A stretch of DNA of 64,000 nucleotides from Antedon mediterranea. Taxonomy: Eukaryota > Animalia > Echinodermata. Below, piece after piece: positions 34,517 through 47,830 of this stretch. The stretch is taken from assembly GCF_964355755.1 (NCBI RefSeq), contig NC_092672.1, forward strand, positions 18,861,237-18,925,236. Reading direction: 5' to 3'. Each line of letters opens with the position of its first letter. Position 1 is the first letter of the stretch. A program made the position numbers and the translations under genes. The notes beneath the pieces are model-generated. The model was given only the letters and a program-made list of their open reading frames with translations. It ran no database searches and was not told where the DNA came from.

Positions 34517-36956
34517 AGATTATGGTGTCAATGTAAGATTAATTAATGATGCAATTCAGTATATGGATAACGGCAGGTTAACAGGAGCTCTTGTTAGCGT
34601 AGATTTTAGTAAAGTCTTTGACACTGTAAATAGACATTTTCTTGTACGTACCTTGCGTTATTTCAATTTTGGTTCTTCTTTCATTTCATGGGTGAACGTA
34701 CTGTATTCAGATACAGAATGTGTAATAATGAATAACGGTTGGTGTTCAAAAAGCTTCAAAATGCATAGAGGGATCAGACAAGGCTGTCCCCTTTCTGCCT
34801 TACTATTAATTTTAGTAGCAGAAATAATGGCTATAAGAATTAAAAGTGATCAAAATATCGAAGGGATTGCCCTTCCAGGCAAGGATGACTATACAACTGA
34901 AGTCAAAATTGCACAATTAGCAGATGACACAGTTTTATTTCTAAAAAATGAAAACAGTATAAAGAATAGCATTGATAAAATCGTTGAATTTGGTCTAGTA
35001 TCAGGTTTAAAGCTAAACAAAGAAAAAACCAATGCCAGGGCGTTGGAAAAACAGAAAGAAGAACGAAAATGTGTTCAACATCAATTGGGTGTACAGTAGT
35101 TTTAAGATTCTAGGTATACATGTTGGCCATGACAAAGAAATATGTTTTACTAAAAACTGGTCTGAAAAAATTCAATCTTTTAAAAAAATGCTTGATACAT
35201 GGCACAAAAGAAACCTCTCGATATTTGGCAAAGTTATGATTTTAAAAACACTGGGTTTAGCAAAGTTAATCTACAACGCAAGTATTATAGATACCCCTGA
35301 ATGCGTTTTAAATGAAGTCGATAAAATTGTATTCGATTTTATTTGGAATAATAAAACAGAAAAGATAAAAAGATTAACATTAATCAATGATTATAATAGT
35401 GGTGGAATAAATGCTCCAGACTTCAGATGTCAAGTCAAGGCACTACAAATGTCATGGCTTAAAATATTGTACAATGATGACACTTCAAAATGGAAGTGTT
35501 TACCTAAAATGTATTTTAACAAAATAGGTCCAAGAGAGGTTATTGAAAATATATCATATGTAAAATATAAAGAAACACATTACAGTAGTATGCCTTTATT
35601 ATATAAATCAATGTTAAAGTATTTAGCTGAATTCAATCAATATTCTGTCAAAATGTCACTTTCCTATGAACAAATGATAGAACAACCTATATGGGGCAAC
35701 AACTTGATAACACACAATGGTTTCTCACTCCTTTATAGGAATTGGATTAGATCTGGTATAACAAAGATGAAACATATTATAATTGATAACAGATTTATTA
35801 ATACAAATGAATTACTATTTTTGTTAAATATCAAATCGAATTGGATTGCTGAATTGTCATGTCTACTAAAAGCAATACCACGAGAATGGAAAGATATAAT
35901 TTATTCAAAAATTGATAATGTAAAAGTTAACGAAGTTATATCAATACAGTATAGTAAAATGAGTTGTAAAAACATTCGTCTCCTTTTTATCAAAAAAAAA
36001 ATGTAAAGAACCAACCAAGAGTAAAACAAAGTGGGAAACACATTTTAATATAGCGAACGATTGGACACTGACATGGAAAAGAAAAGTAAATGATATTAAA
36101 GATAAACTTAAACAGCTAAATTTCAAACTATTGCATTGTATTATTCTTACCAATAGAAGGCTCTTTAAATGGAATATTAATAATACAGACACTTGCCTGC
36201 AATGTAATGTAATAGAAGATGATAAACACTTCTTTTACCAATGTACTGAAGCAAATGATTTATGGAAATACATTAATGTTTATACCCCATATAAGTTTGG
36301 AATTGAGGCAAACTTTCAAAATATTGCACTCGGTACCGGAAACAGATATATTGACCACATGTTCTCTCTTGGATGATTCTGTATCTATAAAGCACACATT
36401 TTGAAAAAAGTAAAGAAATGGAATTATGGTTCACTTTCTCGCCTCTTTTTGGCAGAAAAAAAATAATAGGTTATACCTTAACCGACTATTATAATACGGT
36501 ATATTCTACAGAGGTTTATATAACGCTGTACAATGCCAATAGGTGGTTAAATCTTTATATAGAATTATTTTTAAAAAATGAAAATAAATGAAATAAATAT
36601 TAAAAACAAAACGAAACGTAACATATAAGTAAGCAACAAATATAACCATGAGACATAAAACTAAAACACAAGAGTAAGGAAAGAATTTTTTTAAGCTCAC
36701 TATAATTATTTGAATTTTATATTTTTATTTATGTTCTTATTGTAAAAAAAAAAAAAAAACAGAATTAAGAATAATAATTGTATTGCATTTTATATATTGT
36801 AAATATTTATTTATTTATATACCTTTGTCGTGGGTATGTATTTTTGCATGTGTGCAATCATGTACTCGAATATATGTATGCACTTGTGTGTTTTGTACAG
36901 AGACATAGACCTATTGTAGAAAGGAATAGTTAAAATAAAAGAAAATAATTAAAAAA
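34517..36956 (+). mobile_element. 5'-truncated Tx1/L1-clade LINE, copy 2 (with A-rich 3' end)
   Basis: Same sequence, same 5' junction and same frameshift (near 35040) as copy 1, so it was duplicated with its flanks. Confidence 0.9.
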
Positions 36957-37030
36957 GTGGATAATACATATAAAAGTGCAGGCAGCACTTGCCAGCTTTA
37001 TACTATGACGTTATCCAAATTCCTTCACTT

Positions 37031-37067
37031 GCACTGATGAAGGGCTAGTGTTGCCCGAACGCTCTGC
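37031..37067 (+). ncRNA. Minimal type-I hammerhead-ribozyme-like motif in a Penelope-like pLTR remnant
   Basis: gca CTGATGA a gggc tagtgtt gccc GAAC gc TC tgc: conserved core with GAAA>GAAC, stem II gggc/gccc, stem I gca/tgc. Confidence 0.5.
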
Positions 37068-37203
37068 TAACTTTTCTGGCTGTTTACTTTATCGTTTTGA
37101 TTTAGCTTTTCGCTTTTTATTTTTGTATCTCCATTGAGATCCAGCCACTGATACCCACAGCATTGTCATTTTTTTCAATGATGTTGCGTAGCACTGTGTA
37201 AAT

Positions 37204-37581
37204 TATATATAAATCATACTGTAAATTATAGAAACAGTGCTCATATTCGGAACATGATCTCATAATCGCGTCGAGCATAGCTCATTGGCGAAAGTTCCGT
37301 ATTTTTTTAGTTGTATGAAAAAATGTCTCTGGCGGGATTCGAACCTGCAACCTCTCGCTTACAGGGCGAGTATCATACCACTAGACCACAGAGCCATGTA
37401 TGGTATTATCACAGAGGTTGCAGGTTCGAATCCCGCCAGAGACATTTTTTCATACAACTAAAAAAATACGGAACTTTCGCCAATGAGCTATGCTCGACGC
37501 GATTATGAGATCATGTTCCGAATATGAGCACTGTTTCTATAATTTACAGTATGATTTATATATATATATATATATATATAT
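37204..37581. mobile_element. Fold-back element with ~150 bp arms containing a tRNA-like sequence, inserted in (TA)n
   Basis: Arms 37204-37355 and 37413-37564 are reverse complements with a 57 bp spacer; TA repeats at the ends. Confidence 0.8.
37324..37395 (-). other. tRNA-like (tRNA-Pro-resembling) Pol III unit, probably a pseudo-tRNA or SINE head
   Basis: GGCTCTGTGGTCTAGTGGTATGATACTCGCCCTGTAAGCGAGAGGTTGCAGGTTCGAATCCCGCCAGAGACA has an A box, a B box and anticodon stem CTCGC/GCGAG. C at position 33 and imperfect T and acceptor stems argue against a functional tRNA. Confidence 0.6.
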
Positions 37582-37976
37582 TTGACCGAATTGTTTCGAT
37601 CAAATCGTACTAAAGATAAAAGAAAGTACAAGAAAATAACAGAACAGAATAACAAGGGAATGTATATTTGGATGAAGTGTAAAATCATTGTATTGATCAT
37701 TTGAGAATGAAATGAATAAAATAGTGGTTAACGCCACAAAAGAGAAAAAAAAATTAAGATTAGTTAGATAATAATATTAGTTATTGACAATTAAAAAGAA
37801 TTTAGATTCAACGATTTCCCGCCAATTATGGGTGTTTTTCGATCGTGGGATACTGTCTAATGGATGTCGATGCTAAAAAATACGTATTTACCTATCTCCT
37901 TCTAAAAATAATTGTTTTAAAATCTGAAAACAGCTCGAGTACAGAATCATGATGTTGAAGACAAACCCATATTTAA

Positions 37977-38460
37977 ACTAGAAAGCCACTCCGGGAGTGC
38001 ATACCTCCGCCAACTGTAAAATTCTCCTACATAAGATTCTCCGGGGAAAAAAAATATATTTGTGTGTGTCTTAATGCTGTTTGTGATTTAGGCTAATTTC
38101 ACTACAAGATGTGTATGCGAGTTTGGTGTAAAGGTATAACAAACTTTTCAATTAATTATAGCTTCAGTTGACTAACAATAGAGCAGCAACGCGAAAATCA
38201 AAAGAGTGAATTTGAAAAGAAATAGGTTTTTTTAAAACTACTCGCATCAAAAAGGTGCATGTTAAATCGAATTATGTTTTAAAATTACAAATAACAAATT
38301 ATAACTCGTTTTTTAAACAAGTAGTTCTCGAAAAAATGCAATTTCAGTTTACTTGTTACTTTAAGACTGCTCGCCGGCTTTTGAAAAATCTGTCGTATCG
38401 TTTAACACTAGCAGGTCTGAAAATAATTATAAAAAGTGGTCCAGAATTGGGAGTTTTATA
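37977..38460 (+). repeat. HINE-like element copy
   Basis: Start actagaaagccactccgggagtgcatacctccgcc is shared with 11694 and 62755. Confidence 0.65.
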
Positions 38461-41195
38461 GAATGTGTAATTTTATTGTCACATAATAGTTATTCACGTT
38501 AACCAAACAATTATTTATCTGAAAAAATGTAATTTAAAGCAAAAAATATTTAAATCGTCTGTCAGACAATGGTTGTTGGGTTATAATTAAACGTTTCGTT
38601 ACGTTAATTATACTAAATAAATATTTTTTGTTTGTTACAGAAGTGATTAACTTGTTTCTGAAGTAAAATACAACAAGAATTCCTACTTTGATATGAAACA
38701 GACTCAATTTCGGTCACTGTCAAGTCTGGGGTCACTTCATCAAGCCTAGATACTTTAAGTGTAAAGTATCCTATTACAAACAAAATCTTTAATGGACTGT
38801 TTTGATAATAATTCAATGATTATCTGACTGCTTTGCTTTGGGATTTGTAATTTTAGCATGACGTGTCCTAGTAAAAAATAAAGAAAAAACGTCGGCCTCT
38901 ACTATAACTACTGCTTACTTTCAGCTTTTGAATGAGTAGTCCTCTTGGGACGTAGCTGGCTAAAGCAGCAGCGTGAAACAAATACTATACTATGTACTAA
39001 ATAGATTTAGACCTACATACGTTTATAGAAACGTATTGCTTAGGGATAAATGGAACATTCTAATCTCTTAGTCTTTTTTTACCATCATTATTTGGTATAA
39101 CACAAATAGATAAGACCTAGACCTACATTTTAATAGCAGACATAAATAGTATTGCAAAAGTTAGTTAAAATAGTGTATAACAAATGTTGACAATAAATAT
39201 AAACCATTTTCAGTCGCTTGCAACGCGACTATGCGGCTCACTATGTCGGTCGGTTGGTCGGTCGTTCGGTAAACACTAACTTGAGCATGCGAATGCAGCC
39301 ATCTATATTTCCTTGTTTTTCTTACTGTGAGTGTGGGTACTGTTAGATACATGAACACATATACAAATAAACATTATTACTGACAGTTTTTTGTATTAGG
39401 CCTATTATTAATAATATATAACATATAAACGTCTTAGTAGTGTATCGTTACATAATACTTTACTATTTCAATCGACTATGGCAGTGACAGTTTCAATAAA
39501 GTATTACGTCGCAAATGTTTTACTGTGTTTAGTGGTACATTATTTATAAAACATGAAAACAAATTAATTCCGTTACTGAGTGGATAAAGAATATATCTAA
39601 AATTGTTCCTCTTTGCACTTCCCCATCCCTCAACTCTAATATTATGTACAAAATACAAATTTGGTTTGTTTAAGTTTGACCAAATTGTTTTCTCTTTCGG
39701 AAGTAATTCCCATGATGCTAAGTTTAGTTGTTGACTAAATAAATCACCGTGTCTATTTATTCGTTCATGTAAATGACATGTATAGTCCTATGGTACCAAC
39801 TTAGCATTGCGTACTTTTAAAAATCGCCAGTTTTTTACGCTAAAATTACTGTGCATTCGAGAACCATTTTTGGGCACGACCTAGATGGTACGAAGCGAGG
39901 CAAGCGTACCATTTATTATTTTCAATTAACAGAAATCTGCTGAATATAGCTTATTAATCTCCACTGTGTTATTTTATGTTCTGTTGAGACATACTTTATA
40001 CATGTTGGAATCATAAATATTTCCTCCATACTTTGTATAAATATAACTTGAACTTTTGTTTAAAGTTTTAATTGAAAGAGGTGTATCTCTGTAGGTAATA
40101 TCTTACGACACTGGTATGGTAATCAATAATTTGTTGTTAAATGGGAATTTTGTGTTTCTTCACCATTTTTTTCTGTTATTAGCGGTGTGCGTCAAATGGG
40201 TGTAATGTCTCCGCTGCTTTACAGTATATATGACGATCTTAATGCACAACTTAAAGAGAGTCCAATTATTGGGGTAGGCCTACTATTTGTGATAAAAAGG
40301 TAAATTGTCTCAGCTACGCTGATAACATGGTTCCCATTGCTCCTTCTGCTATTGGTGTACATATAATAATCTCATTAATGTGTGTGTGATCTTTTTGCTA
40401 TGGATTGATATATGTTGTATAATTCTATAAAACTCAAGTGTATGGCATTATTTCTTATTATTGTAAGTTACGAACCACACTGTCCTCGAAATTGTTGATT
40501 GTATAACATATTAGTTAGATATGTGATTTGTAACTAATGCTGATATTAAGAAAGAGTATTGAGCTTTGTGCATCAGAGCTAATATATTATGCAGGACATT
40601 TTCCAAATTAGTTATTTAAAAACGTATTTCCTTAATGTATGACTCCATTGAGTAAATTCAAGGTGAAAGGTACTGTGAACTCATTTAGAGTTTGCTTTAA
40701 TAATGGGTTACCTGTTACAATGATAGCACAAGCATAATGTTTGTTGTTAAGAATTATTACGTTCCCCCAATTTATGAATATTGAGAACTCCATCCTTATT
40801 TTACTGAATTCATGACAATTGTAATAATAGCTTATTTAAAACAATAGTCAATGCAAAATCCAACCTGCATCAGCGTTGGTGCGAATTGATATTTTCGGGT
40901 TGTTTTTGTGGTAGATTCTATCTTAAAGAGTAATATTTTGTATAATTCAATACAATATTTAAGATTTATATTAACTTCTAATAGAAAAAAATTTATAAGC
41001 GTTTCCTTAGATTCATTTTAATTAAGTATATAATGTGATAATGATGTTTTATAAAGTTTTTGAGAAAACGAGAAACACAACTTTGTAATATACTGGTACA
41101 ACGTCATGACCGATAGACTATTGAACAGTTCTGTAGGTACTGGCATAATAGCTTTGCATGATTCTGTACCTGTTCGTAAGAAATGATACAGTAAA

Positions 41196-42545
41196 ATGAG
41201 CACTTTGCTAACAGTGATTCTTACATTGATTATGACAACGGGTTGTGTAGTTTGTGACGGACCTATTACGTTTATAGATGAACCCATAAACGGATATGTT
41301 GATATTGGAGAAGATCATTCTTTTTCTTGCATTGTTAGTGGGTTAATGAATGAGAAGCTTACATGGTATAAAGATGAAAGTCTGATGATGTTAAATGAAG
41401 AAGAATCTAGAATATCTGAAGTCCAAAATGAAGTATCATTTGGAAATTTTACAACATTGGTTATTGACAATACATTGCAAAGTGATACCGGTTTCTATCA
41501 ATGTGTTGTTATATCATTAGCGTATGGAGGAATATTGAAACGTTCTCGTAAAGCGGAATTAATTGTTCGTTCTTTACCTTCTTCAGAATATCCCCTTTGT
41601 CATCAATCAAAACCTGACACTCTGTTAGGTTCTACAATGTCAATGTCATGTGTTTCTGAAAAGGTTACCCCACCTGTAACTTTACAATTTACACGTAATT
41701 CTAAAAGTACAAACTCTGGAATACCAATGCCAGAGGAAGGAAACTTGGTAACAGTTCAACTTACAAAAAACACGACGAAAGATGATAATGGTGCAGTATA
41801 CGAATGTCACCAGCATTCATCATTTGATTCAAATTATCACAAATCATGTTCAATGAAACCTCCGAATATACAATATAAACCTGAGATAAAGATACAACAC
41901 ACTAATCCAGTGTTACCTGGACGAGAGACGATTCTATTCTGCCAAACATTTGCTAATCCACCTGTCGCACAATACCGTTGGACATTAGTGCCTCCAATTA
42001 AAGATGAAGATATTTTTGTAGAAAAAACTGGACAAACATTAAAACTGTTACGACCTTTAATAAAACAAAGTGGAACCAATATAACATGTACTGCTACTAA
42101 TGAAATTGGACAGGTATCATCATCTGTTTTATTAACAGTTTCAAATACTATCATTAACTCAGATAATTCGTACAAACCATCGAGTAATACCAACTTAAAC
42201 AATTCTAAGAAAGGAATAAGTTTATCATTAGATGTTGTTATTATCATCGTTGCTGGTGTTGTTATCATTATTGTACTTGTTGTTCTGGTTCCCGTATATC
42301 ATTATTGTTTGTGTCGTAATGATAACACTATAATAGTTGATTCATTAGGAAAAGAAGTAACTCAACCTGAAGTGTATTATGAGACAAGAGAGGGAGTTAT
42401 TTTAAGACATACAGTACAAGATCGTTCATTACCTCGTGTACCTACTACAGAGGTATATGGACATTGGAGACATTCGACAGCTTCACAGGTTCCTAATGAT
42501 CTTGAATCACATAGTTATACCTATATTGACACAGAAAACGATTGA
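41196..42545 (+). CDS. G10: 3-Ig type-I membrane receptor (subfamily D)
   Basis: 449 aa ORF; Ig1 nearly identical to G8. Confidence 0.92.
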   Translation: MSTLLTVILTLIMTTGCVVCDGPITFIDEPINGYVDIGEDHSFSCIVSGLMNEKLTWYKDESLMMLNEEESRISEVQNEVSFGNFTTLVIDNTLQSDTGFYQCVVISLAYGGILKRSRKAELIVRSLPSSEYPLCHQSKPDTLLGSTMSMSCVSEKVTPPVTLQFTRNSKSTNSGIPMPEEGNLVTVQLTKNTTKDDNGAVYECHQHSSFDSNYHKSCSMKPPNIQYKPEIKIQHTNPVLPGRETILFCQTFANPPVAQYRWTLVPPIKDEDIFVEKTGQTLKLLRPLIKQSGTNITCTATNEIGQVSSSVLLTVSNTIINSDNSYKPSSNTNLNNSKKGISLSLDVVIIIVAGVVIIIVLVVLVPVYHYCLCRNDNTIIVDSLGKEVTQPEVYYETREGVILRHTVQDRSLPRVPTTEVYGHWRHSTASQVPNDLESHSYTYIDTEND

Positions 42546-43399
42546 TGTCAAGGTACATAGCGATCTAGGTTCCTGTATTTTTGTTACTGATCTTGAACAA
42601 TAATAATTGAATAAATTGTGTTATTTGCACTAATAAATTATTGTCTATATTCGTAAAGCAGCACATTGATTTACTAATTGGCAGAGACAACCGGAAGCAT
42701 TATACAGATGGTTTGATATTCTCTTTTATTTAGATTTATTAGCCCCAACCAGAATGTGTTTACGTTTTCATTCTGTGGTTCGTTGATGAATTTAAAGCAG
42801 CTATTACTAAGCAATAACTAACACATCCGACTTAGGGAAAAATGAACTGTGTTTAAATAAATAGAAATGAATGTCGTTCATCAATTTAATTTTATTCAAT
42901 ATTGTCAAAACTAACCAAATGCATGTTTTCACATGTAAATTGTTTAATCGTTTATTTTACATTAACAAAACACAACAAAAATAAATGAATGAGTGTGCCT
43001 TAGAATTAGATTATTATTGTAAGATTATGAAAGCAAATTACATTTCAGCATCCTTTTAAATATCACTTTAGTATATTTATGAATAATATATGTACAGCTT
43101 CTATTGAATTTATATTGTTAAATACCTCAACACAGTTTTCAAATTGGATTTAATTATTATATACGTTTAAGATATATCGAAGAAATTTATAAAATCTTCT
43201 TTTGGGTATAGTTTATAAATTATGAAATAATGTTTTTCACAATATCTTAAAAACGAGAAACATAACTTATAAATTAATAGGCACAAATTTGTACCATTAT
43301 CTGAACATGTCTATGTTAATCTTATTTATGAATAAATAGCTAATAATCAGTTTCTGCATTAGCTTGTACCTGTTTATATAAAAATAAAAGATTTGAAAT

Positions 43400-44740
43400 A
43401 TGTTGTTATCTTTGAGTTTTGCGTTGGTTATAACACCGTTTTATGTTATTTGTGATGCGGTTATTCAGTTTATAGATGAACCATTAAACGGACAAGCAGA
43501 TCTTGGTGAGGACCACTCTTTGTATTGTGTCGTTAGTGGGTTAATTAATGAAGAGCTTACTTGGTTTAAAAATGGTGGATTGATAGCTTTTGTTGAAGAC
43601 TCACGGATATCTAAAGGTAATAGTGAAATATCCACCGGAAATATAACAACATTGGTCATTGACAAAACATTGCGAAGTGATGCAGGCTTTTATCAATGTG
43701 TCGTTATATCATTGGAATCTGAGAGGGTATTAGAAAGTTCACGAAAAGCGGAATTAATTGTGCGTTCTGTTCCTTCTCTAGAATATCCCGTTTGTAATCA
43801 AACCAAAGGTGACATTTTATTGGGTTCTACTATATTAATTTCATGTGCTTCTGAAAAGGTTACCCCTCCTGTAACTTTACAATTTACACGTAATTCTAAA
43901 ATTATAAACTCTGGAATACTAATGCAAGAGACAGGAAACTTAGTAAGAGTTCAATTTACGTTACAGGCGACGAAAGATGACAATGGAGCTGTTTACGAAT
44001 GTCACCAGTATTCATCATTTGATTTAAATTATCACAAATCATGTTCAATGAAACCTCTGAACATACAATATAAACCTGAGGTAAAGATACAACACACTAA
44101 TCCAGTGTTACCTGGACGAGAGACGATTCTATTCTGCCAAACTTTTGCTAATCCACCTGTCTCACAATACCGTTGGACATTAGTGCCTCCAATAAAAGAT
44201 GAAGATATTTTTGTAGACAAAACTGGACAAACATTAAAACTGTTACGACCTTCAATAAAACAAAGTGGAACTACTATAACATGTACTGCTACTAATGAAA
44301 TTGGACAGGTATCATCGTCTGTAGTATTAACAGTTTCAAATAATGTCATTAACTCAGATAATTCGTACGAACCATCGAGTAATACAAACTTAAACAATTC
44401 CCAGAAAGAAATAAGTTTATCATTAGATGTTGTTATTATCATCGCTGCTGGTGTTGTTATTATTATTGTACTTGTTGTTCTGGTTCCCGTATATCATTAT
44501 TGTTTGTGTCGTAATGATAACACTACAATAGTTGATTCTTTAGGAAAAGAAGTAACTCAACCTGAAGTTTATTATGAGACAAGAGAGGGAGTTATTTTAA
44601 GACATACAGTACAAGATCGTTCATTACCTCGTGTACCTACTACAGAAGTATATGGTCATTGGAGACACTCAACAGCTTCACAGGTTCCTAATGATCTTGA
44701 ATCACATAGTTATACTTATATTGATACTGAAAATGACTGA
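43400..44740 (+). CDS. G11: 3-Ig type-I membrane receptor (subfamily D)
   Basis: 446 aa ORF; 3' flank homologous to the G6 3' flank (21184-21460). Confidence 0.92.
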   Translation: MLLSLSFALVITPFYVICDAVIQFIDEPLNGQADLGEDHSLYCVVSGLINEELTWFKNGGLIAFVEDSRISKGNSEISTGNITTLVIDKTLRSDAGFYQCVVISLESERVLESSRKAELIVRSVPSLEYPVCNQTKGDILLGSTILISCASEKVTPPVTLQFTRNSKIINSGILMQETGNLVRVQFTLQATKDDNGAVYECHQYSSFDLNYHKSCSMKPLNIQYKPEVKIQHTNPVLPGRETILFCQTFANPPVSQYRWTLVPPIKDEDIFVDKTGQTLKLLRPSIKQSGTTITCTATNEIGQVSSSVVLTVSNNVINSDNSYEPSSNTNLNNSQKEISLSLDVVIIIAAGVVIIIVLVVLVPVYHYCLCRNDNTTIVDSLGKEVTQPEVYYETREGVILRHTVQDRSLPRVPTTEVYGHWRHSTASQVPNDLESHSYTYIDTEND

Positions 44741-45956
44741 TTTCGGGGTATATGGCACAATCTAAGATCAAATTTACGGTAGATCTTGAAAAATACTAAT
44801 AATGAAAAAAATCACATTTAAGCATCATTCTAAAGAAAAACTTTAGTATGTAATAATAAATTTACTATTAATTTGATATTGTTAATTACTTAAATGCAAT
44901 ATTCAAATTGGATTTAATTATTCTCCGTGTAGGTATCTCTGATGTCAAGAACATATATTTTCTGTAGAATAAAATAAATTACCATATTATATTATGCTTC
45001 AACGTTTTCGCGTATATATTATGGTAACGAAGTAATGCTACTCATTTTCTGAAATGTTTTGCAAGACTGTCTTTTCTTAATGTCAACAATTGATTACGTG
45101 TACAATCGGGTTGAAGTTACATTATTTATTGTTGTAATCAATTTTACGACGTCACCTTTACGATAATATATGGAAAACATGAATTTGAGATACAATAGTT
45201 GGTTAAACGTGCATACATTAAAAATGGACATAAGAGAAATCACGACGAAAAAATAAATTCTTGGTAAAAAATACCGAATTCCACATATTTTCACTAACTA
45301 ACTAAAACAGTCGGACTTTGTTCGATATTTTGGTAAGCTGCTGATAAAGATAAAAAAACGAACTGTTGGTGGATAATTGTTGATAGCGCAGAAATAAAAA
45401 TCTTGAATAAAAAACTGATTCAAATCAACCATTTCTCTCTATACACTCTCTATTAACAACGTTTGTGTTTAAAACAATATGGGATTTACCTAGGTAATTT
45501 TAACTACATCTCACTGATACAACGTGCTTATTTACTCCAAATGATTAGAAAGTGCAACAAAATCTCAACTAGATTTGAAGTTTTCATTTTGTAGGAGGTT
45601 ATCCAGGCAAACTTCTTTAAATAATAGCATTTCATAACATCGCGCGTAAATTACGCTTTGAAAATTTGACTTCATAAAAAAGTAGCGAGAATTAGAAAAA
45701 AGATAAAGAAAGAAAACCCGAAAATAACGTTTACAATTAATTAGGCTTATAAGTTATTAATAAACTAATAAAGCATAATTTTTGTAGGTTTTGAACAACA
45801 TGTTGTTGATACTTACTACGAAGTAGTTTATGAAGTTCATTATTAATAAGAGATCCTGATTTAGAATGAGATACAATAAAATAATAATTATTAAATTAGT
45901 TTCCGATTCAATTATAATAATGTACGACAATTTGCATTTACTTGAAGGTACTGTTT

Positions 45957-46159
45957 AGCCTGTTTTCCTGTCGACGTTATTCGACACTATCGTCGTTGAT
46001 CGTTAACAGTTCAACGACGATCGTTTGAAAACGATCAAGTTGAAATGATAACGATAGCGAGTACCTTTTCCTGTAAATCGTTTCATTTCAATGTTTACGT
46101 AGAAGATCGCCGATTATTGTTATCTATAGCGTCGACTAACGTCGACAGGAAAACAGGCT
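45957..46159. mobile_element. MITE, ~200 bp (Harbinger/PIF-like)
   Basis: TIRs agcctgttttcctgtcgacgtta / taacgtcgacaggaaaacaggct; TTA/TTT-like flanks. Confidence 0.75.
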
Positions 46160-47294
46160 TTACATGATTCGTTTTTCTCTTTATACTTTTTAACGAAATG
46201 TTTCTGTCTTTTTAAATAAAATTGATACTGTCATAGGTTCCATTAAATGGATCTTCTCCTCCAGGTGCCAACAGTATAATGATATAAAACAATGACACAT
46301 CATTATCTTGACACAATTGCACTCACAATGGATCTTCATTCTATCATTTTTCATCAATTTTTTTTAATTCATCAAATATCTATTACAAATAGTGGCTTAA
46401 GGGCCAAATTGCTTAGAACATTACATTTAAAAAGTAGTCAGCACAATATAAACATACAAAAAATCAAATAAAACATTACAAAAATACAAAAAGGACCAAT
46501 AAGAATCACATAGCTGTTTGTTTGTGACTACAATTTGACAACAATCTTTTGCATAATTTTAAATGCCAATACATAGTTTCATTCTATTGTACAATATGTC
46601 CAGCTTTCCTGAAAACACCCTTGTGTACTGTAGTACAGTGTTGTAGTCTGATACTTGTTATTGTCAATGCATTCAGTACCTAAAACATGTCAAAGTTTCT
46701 AGTGGTATTGATAATAAATCTCGAGAAATATATATTGTTTTATTATCTACACTGGCAACAGACGTGTATATGTATAAGTTTTGTCAGTGACATTAAAAAT
46801 GATATTCAACAGTGTTACGGAATAATGACAATGAATTGGTCTATTATAGTTGTCTCTGATACCTTTTATTACATGATTGTACTTGCACCCGGATAGAATG
46901 AGGTTTAATCTAGTTATTATTATATTAATTGTGTTGTATTTTTTTTTTATATCTAGGGTGTATTTATTTGATTATACATGTGACCATTATTACACCCAAA
47001 CAAAATAAACGCCATCCCTGAATAAATAAATGCCCGGGCCTTTTATTCGGGTAACTACGGTAAGTTACTTCTAGCATTCTTAACTGTTGAGCTCGACGTT
47101 TCTATCAAAATGTTTGATCGGAGGTCAACAATACTTTCTAGCATTATTATAAGCAAAGGTACAATTACAAACAGTAAAGGATTGTTTTAATTCCAATAAT
47201 GAAACCATTAAAGCATTAATTATTGCATAACATTACTGTCTAAGGATAAGTTGTGTAGAGATATGTTTTTCGTTTAAAACATTAGTAATTAATA

Positions 47295-47830
47295 GTATTT
47301 CTGATCATCTTTTATCCAAATTTTCTGTTAGAATGAATGTAAATATGTGTATTTCTAACAATTTCATACCAAATTTAAGTTTCTATGACCAGTACTTACA
47401 GAGATATGAAGATGCCCTGATATGTGGGTCAAAGGTCAGAAATGGCATTTCTGATCATTTTTGACTAAAATGTCCCATTAGATTGAATATGAATGCATGT
47501 TTTCTGAACATTTTGAGACTAAAATTGAGTGGTTGCCGAGATACAAGTATCTATTTGTGTTTGTTCATATAACCCTTGACCCTGACCCTTTGACCTTTTG
47601 TAACATTTTAAAAATGTGCAACAAATAACAAAAAGTATATTTCAAACAATTTAAGACCAAATTCAAGTGTCTACGACCAGTAGTTACGGAGATACATACA
47701 TGCCCTGGGGTGTGGGTCAAAGGTCAGAAATGGCATTTCCGGTCATTTTTAACTAACATTTCCCCTTAGACTGAATATAAATATAATTATACCTTCTGAT
47801 CAATTTGAGACCAAAATTACCTTCCGGTTA
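47295..47830. repeat. Degenerate tandem repeat (two to three units)
   Basis: tgtgggtcaaaggtcagaaatggcattt at ~47423 and ~47712 with similar flanks. Confidence 0.6.

Noticed and set aside
27755-36956. RT genes beside variable genes as a diversity-generating retroelement
   Set aside because: The RTs are truncated, frameshifted Tx1/L1-type LINEs co-duplicated with their flanks; no template/variable repeat pair or adenine-specific variation is seen.
37324-37395. Functional tRNA-Thr(TGT) gene
   Set aside because: The body resembles tRNA-Pro, it has C rather than U at position 33 and mismatched stems, and it sits in a fold-back repeat.
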